A DNA stretch of 64,000 nt from a virus (Duplodnaviria; Heunggongvirae; Uroviricota; Caudoviricetes). Of this stretch, positions 62,346 to 64,000 are shown piece after piece. The translations under genes and the position numbers were made by a program. Numbering within the stretch: position 1 is the first letter of the stretch; each line of letters opens with the position of its first letter. The notes under the pieces were generated by a model, which saw only the letters and a program-made list of their open reading frames with translations, was not told the origin of the DNA and ran no database searches. The stretch lies in IMG/VR virus record IMGVR_UViG_3300031873_001030. One strand, written 5' to 3'.

Positions 62346-64000
62346 ATGACGCTTAAATTTGGAAAAATCAATAAGTTTAGTATGAGATGGCTTATCCTAT
62401 TAGCTATAGTGCCACTGATATTTTTCTCAGGATGTACTAGTCAACCAGGCATAATTTTATCTGCACCAAGCGGTAATCAGACTATATTTTTGACTCATGT
62501 TAATACGACTGTATTTGCATGGAATGGAACAGCTTTATCAGATTTGAATATGAGCATGTATTCGATAATAAATGCGACTTGGGTTAATACCACAAATATA
62601 AATGTCAGTCAGATTTGTTTCAATGGAACTTGTCTATTGTCATGGCCTATAAATTCATCTGCACAGATTATTGCTGTAATAAATAATTCTGGATATTACA
62701 ATATCACAGCTGCGATAGCTTCATACATAAATAATGCGACTGAGAGAAATCTGTTTACTGCGACATATAACATAACTTACAATACATGGGCATACAACCA
62801 GACATCTCCAGCAGTCAGCTATATAGATTGGTTGATACTTGTTTTTAATTCCACTTGGAATTCTACGTATAATGTTACGTATGATACTTGGGCTTATAAC
62901 CAGACAACACCTGCAGTAAATTATGTAGATTGGATTGTAGATACTTTCAATTCAACTTGGAACACCACTTATAACTCGACGTATGACACATGGGCATATA
63001 ACCAGACCACTCCAGCAGTCAGTTATACAAATTGGATTGTAGATATTTTCAACGCGACTTGGAACACAACTTATAATTCTACTTATGACCAATGGACTTA
63101 TAATCAAACACTTCCTGCTATCACATATGCGAACAGTCAATTCATAAATATGTCAAATGCAACTGTAAACCAATGGTTATACAATCAGACAACTCCTGCT
63201 ATAGACTGGGTTATAGCTCAAGGGTACATTAGCCAAGAATCAGAATATAATTCCAATCCACTTGGTTACATAAATGATACTTCGTGGAACATAACTGCAT
63301 GGAACGGTACTTTAGCTTTCAATAATACTTTATCAACTTATGACACATGGGCATATAACCAGACTACACCAGCTATAGATTGGGTCATAGCTCAAGGATA
63401 TACTGGAAATGCTTCATGGAACCAATCGTTAGCTGATACGTTATATTACAGTATCTTGAATCCGAATAATTTCATAAACAGTAGTTATAATGCAACTTAT
63501 GATACATGGTCATACAATCAGACTACTCCAGCTATTGACTGGGTCACAGCTCAAAATTATACTACTAGTAATTTTACATGGAACCAGTCATTAGCAGATA
63601 CACTTTACTACTGGATAACAAATCCAGATAATTTTGTGAATAATACTTATAATTCTACCTATGATACATGGGCTTATAATCAAACAACTCCAGCTATAGA
63701 TTACATACTGTCAAATCCTTATGGCTGGCTTAATACGAGTTATAACTCAACGTATAACACTTATGCTTATAACCAGACACAGCCAGCAATAGATTGGGTT
63801 ATAGCTCAAGGGTACATTAGTCAAGAGTCAGAGTATAACTCAAATCCACTTGGTTACATAAATGATACAAGTTGGAACATATCAGCTTGGAATGGTACTT
63901 TAGCTTTTAACGACACATTGGCTACATATGATACTTGGGCATATAACCAGACACTTCCAGCAATAGATTATGCAAATAGCCAATTCATAAACATGACTAA
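62346..64000 (+). CDS. partial (3'-truncated) lipoprotein-like secreted protein with about 40-aa sequon-rich repeats (Y[DN]TWAYNQTTPAIDWV...)
   Basis: Signal peptide + Cys (LIFFSGC); runs open to the window end; at least 12 repeat units each with 3-5 N-X-S/T. Confidence 0.55.
   Translation, partial: MTLKFGKINKFSMRWLILLAIVPLIFFSGCTSQPGIILSAPSGNQTIFLTHVNTTVFAWNGTALSDLNMSMYSIINATWVNTTNINVSQICFNGTCLLSWPINSSAQIIAVINNSGYYNITAAIASYINNATERNLFTATYNITYNTWAYNQTSPAVSYIDWLILVFNSTWNSTYNVTYDTWAYNQTTPAVNYVDWIVDTFNSTWNTTYNSTYDTWAYNQTTPAVSYTNWIVDIFNATWNTTYNSTYDQWTYNQTLPAITYANSQFINMSNATVNQWLYNQTTPAIDWVIAQGYISQESEYNSNPLGYINDTSWNITAWNGTLAFNNTLSTYDTWAYNQTTPAIDWVIAQGYTGNASWNQSLADTLYYSILNPNNFINSSYNATYDTWSYNQTTPAIDWVTAQNYTTSNFTWNQSLADTLYYWITNPDNFVNNTYNSTYDTWAYNQTTPAIDYILSNPYGWLNTSYNSTYNTYAYNQTQPAIDWVIAQGYISQESEYNSNPLGYINDTSWNISAWNGTLAFNDTLATYDTWAYNQTLPAIDYANSQFINMT

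Overview
This is a 64 kb AT-rich window (roughly 30-35% GC by eye) of archaeal character, and it reads as an accessory or mobile-element-like region rather than core genome.

The archaeal assignment rests on what the sequence shows. The tRNAs have TTCAAAT/TTCGAAT T-loops, an A1:U72 tRNA-Gln with an intron, and a genome-encoded G-1 on tRNA-His. There are MCM-like, PCNA-like, short XPF/ERCC4 and PrimPol-like proteins. GGAGGTGA-type Shine-Dalgarno sites sit 6-8 nt before many starts. I cannot name the organism from sequence alone. No rRNA, integrase, reverse transcriptase or cas operon is visible.

Almost all genes are on the + strand. The exceptions are a minus-strand block at 12988-17171, a minus-strand tRNA/HNH/XPF block at 24054-26358, and one gene at 42573-43328. 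In order along the window:
- 1-3400: a run of very small ORFs, many with zinc ribbons, interleaved with 15 copies of a perfect palindrome TTAACATATGTTAA arranged in mini-arrays with unique, unusually GC-rich spacers.
- 3441-4895: a ParB-like nuclease-domain protein with AT-hooks, coupled to an upstream ORF.
- 5091-7925: a 2.8 kb degenerate pentameric (GGTNN)n satellite. It carries three copies of a 73-nt stem-loop element whose stem shows compensatory substitutions. An inverted, smaller copy of the satellite lies at 16500-16770.
- 7964-13000: a secreted Ser/Cys-rich protein, membrane proteins, a Cas4/RecB-like nuclease, a GT2 glycosyltransferase and a SAM methyltransferase.
- 13724-17171: a minus-strand block that includes a DUF2493/SLOG-like protein.
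- 17743-19440: a mini-MCM-like AAA+ helicase followed by a 190-bp imperfect palindrome with a (GA)8 centre and ORB-like motifs, which is a candidate replication origin.
- 20503-24054: methyltransferases (one frameshifted at a poly-A tract) and a winged-helix regulator.
- 24054-25545: a minus-strand tRNA array (Pro, His, Asn, an intron-containing Gln, plus tRNA-like fragments) interrupted by an HNH endonuclease gene whose stop codon lies inside tRNA-His.
- 25714-28279: an XPF nuclease, a structured roughly 80-nt element, a GIY-YIG nuclease, and a Ro60/TROVE+vWA (Rsr-like) protein. The structured element is a candidate Y-like RNA.
- 30242-34695: a PCNA-like protein, an SPFH protein, zinc-finger proteins, and a PrimPol-like protein followed by a fourth hairpin copy.
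- 35982-43328: a glycan-modification cluster with a second GIY-YIG paralog, a GT1 glycosyltransferase, a sugar C-methyltransferase-like protein, a GT-C/PMT-like protein, two methyltransferases and a secreted transglutaminase-like protein with 48-bp tandem repeats.
- 44139-64000: a translationally coupled operon containing a 1340-aa Gly/Val-rich protein, a 3752-aa surface protein with DUF285/BspA-like repeats and many N-X-S/T sequons, small membrane proteins, duplicated lysine-rich micro-ORFs, and a partial sequon-rich lipoprotein-like repeat protein.

Product calls come from motifs I could read in the ORF translations, so treat the weaker ones (PCNA-like, PrimPol-like, Cas4-like, transglutaminase-like) as hypotheses.
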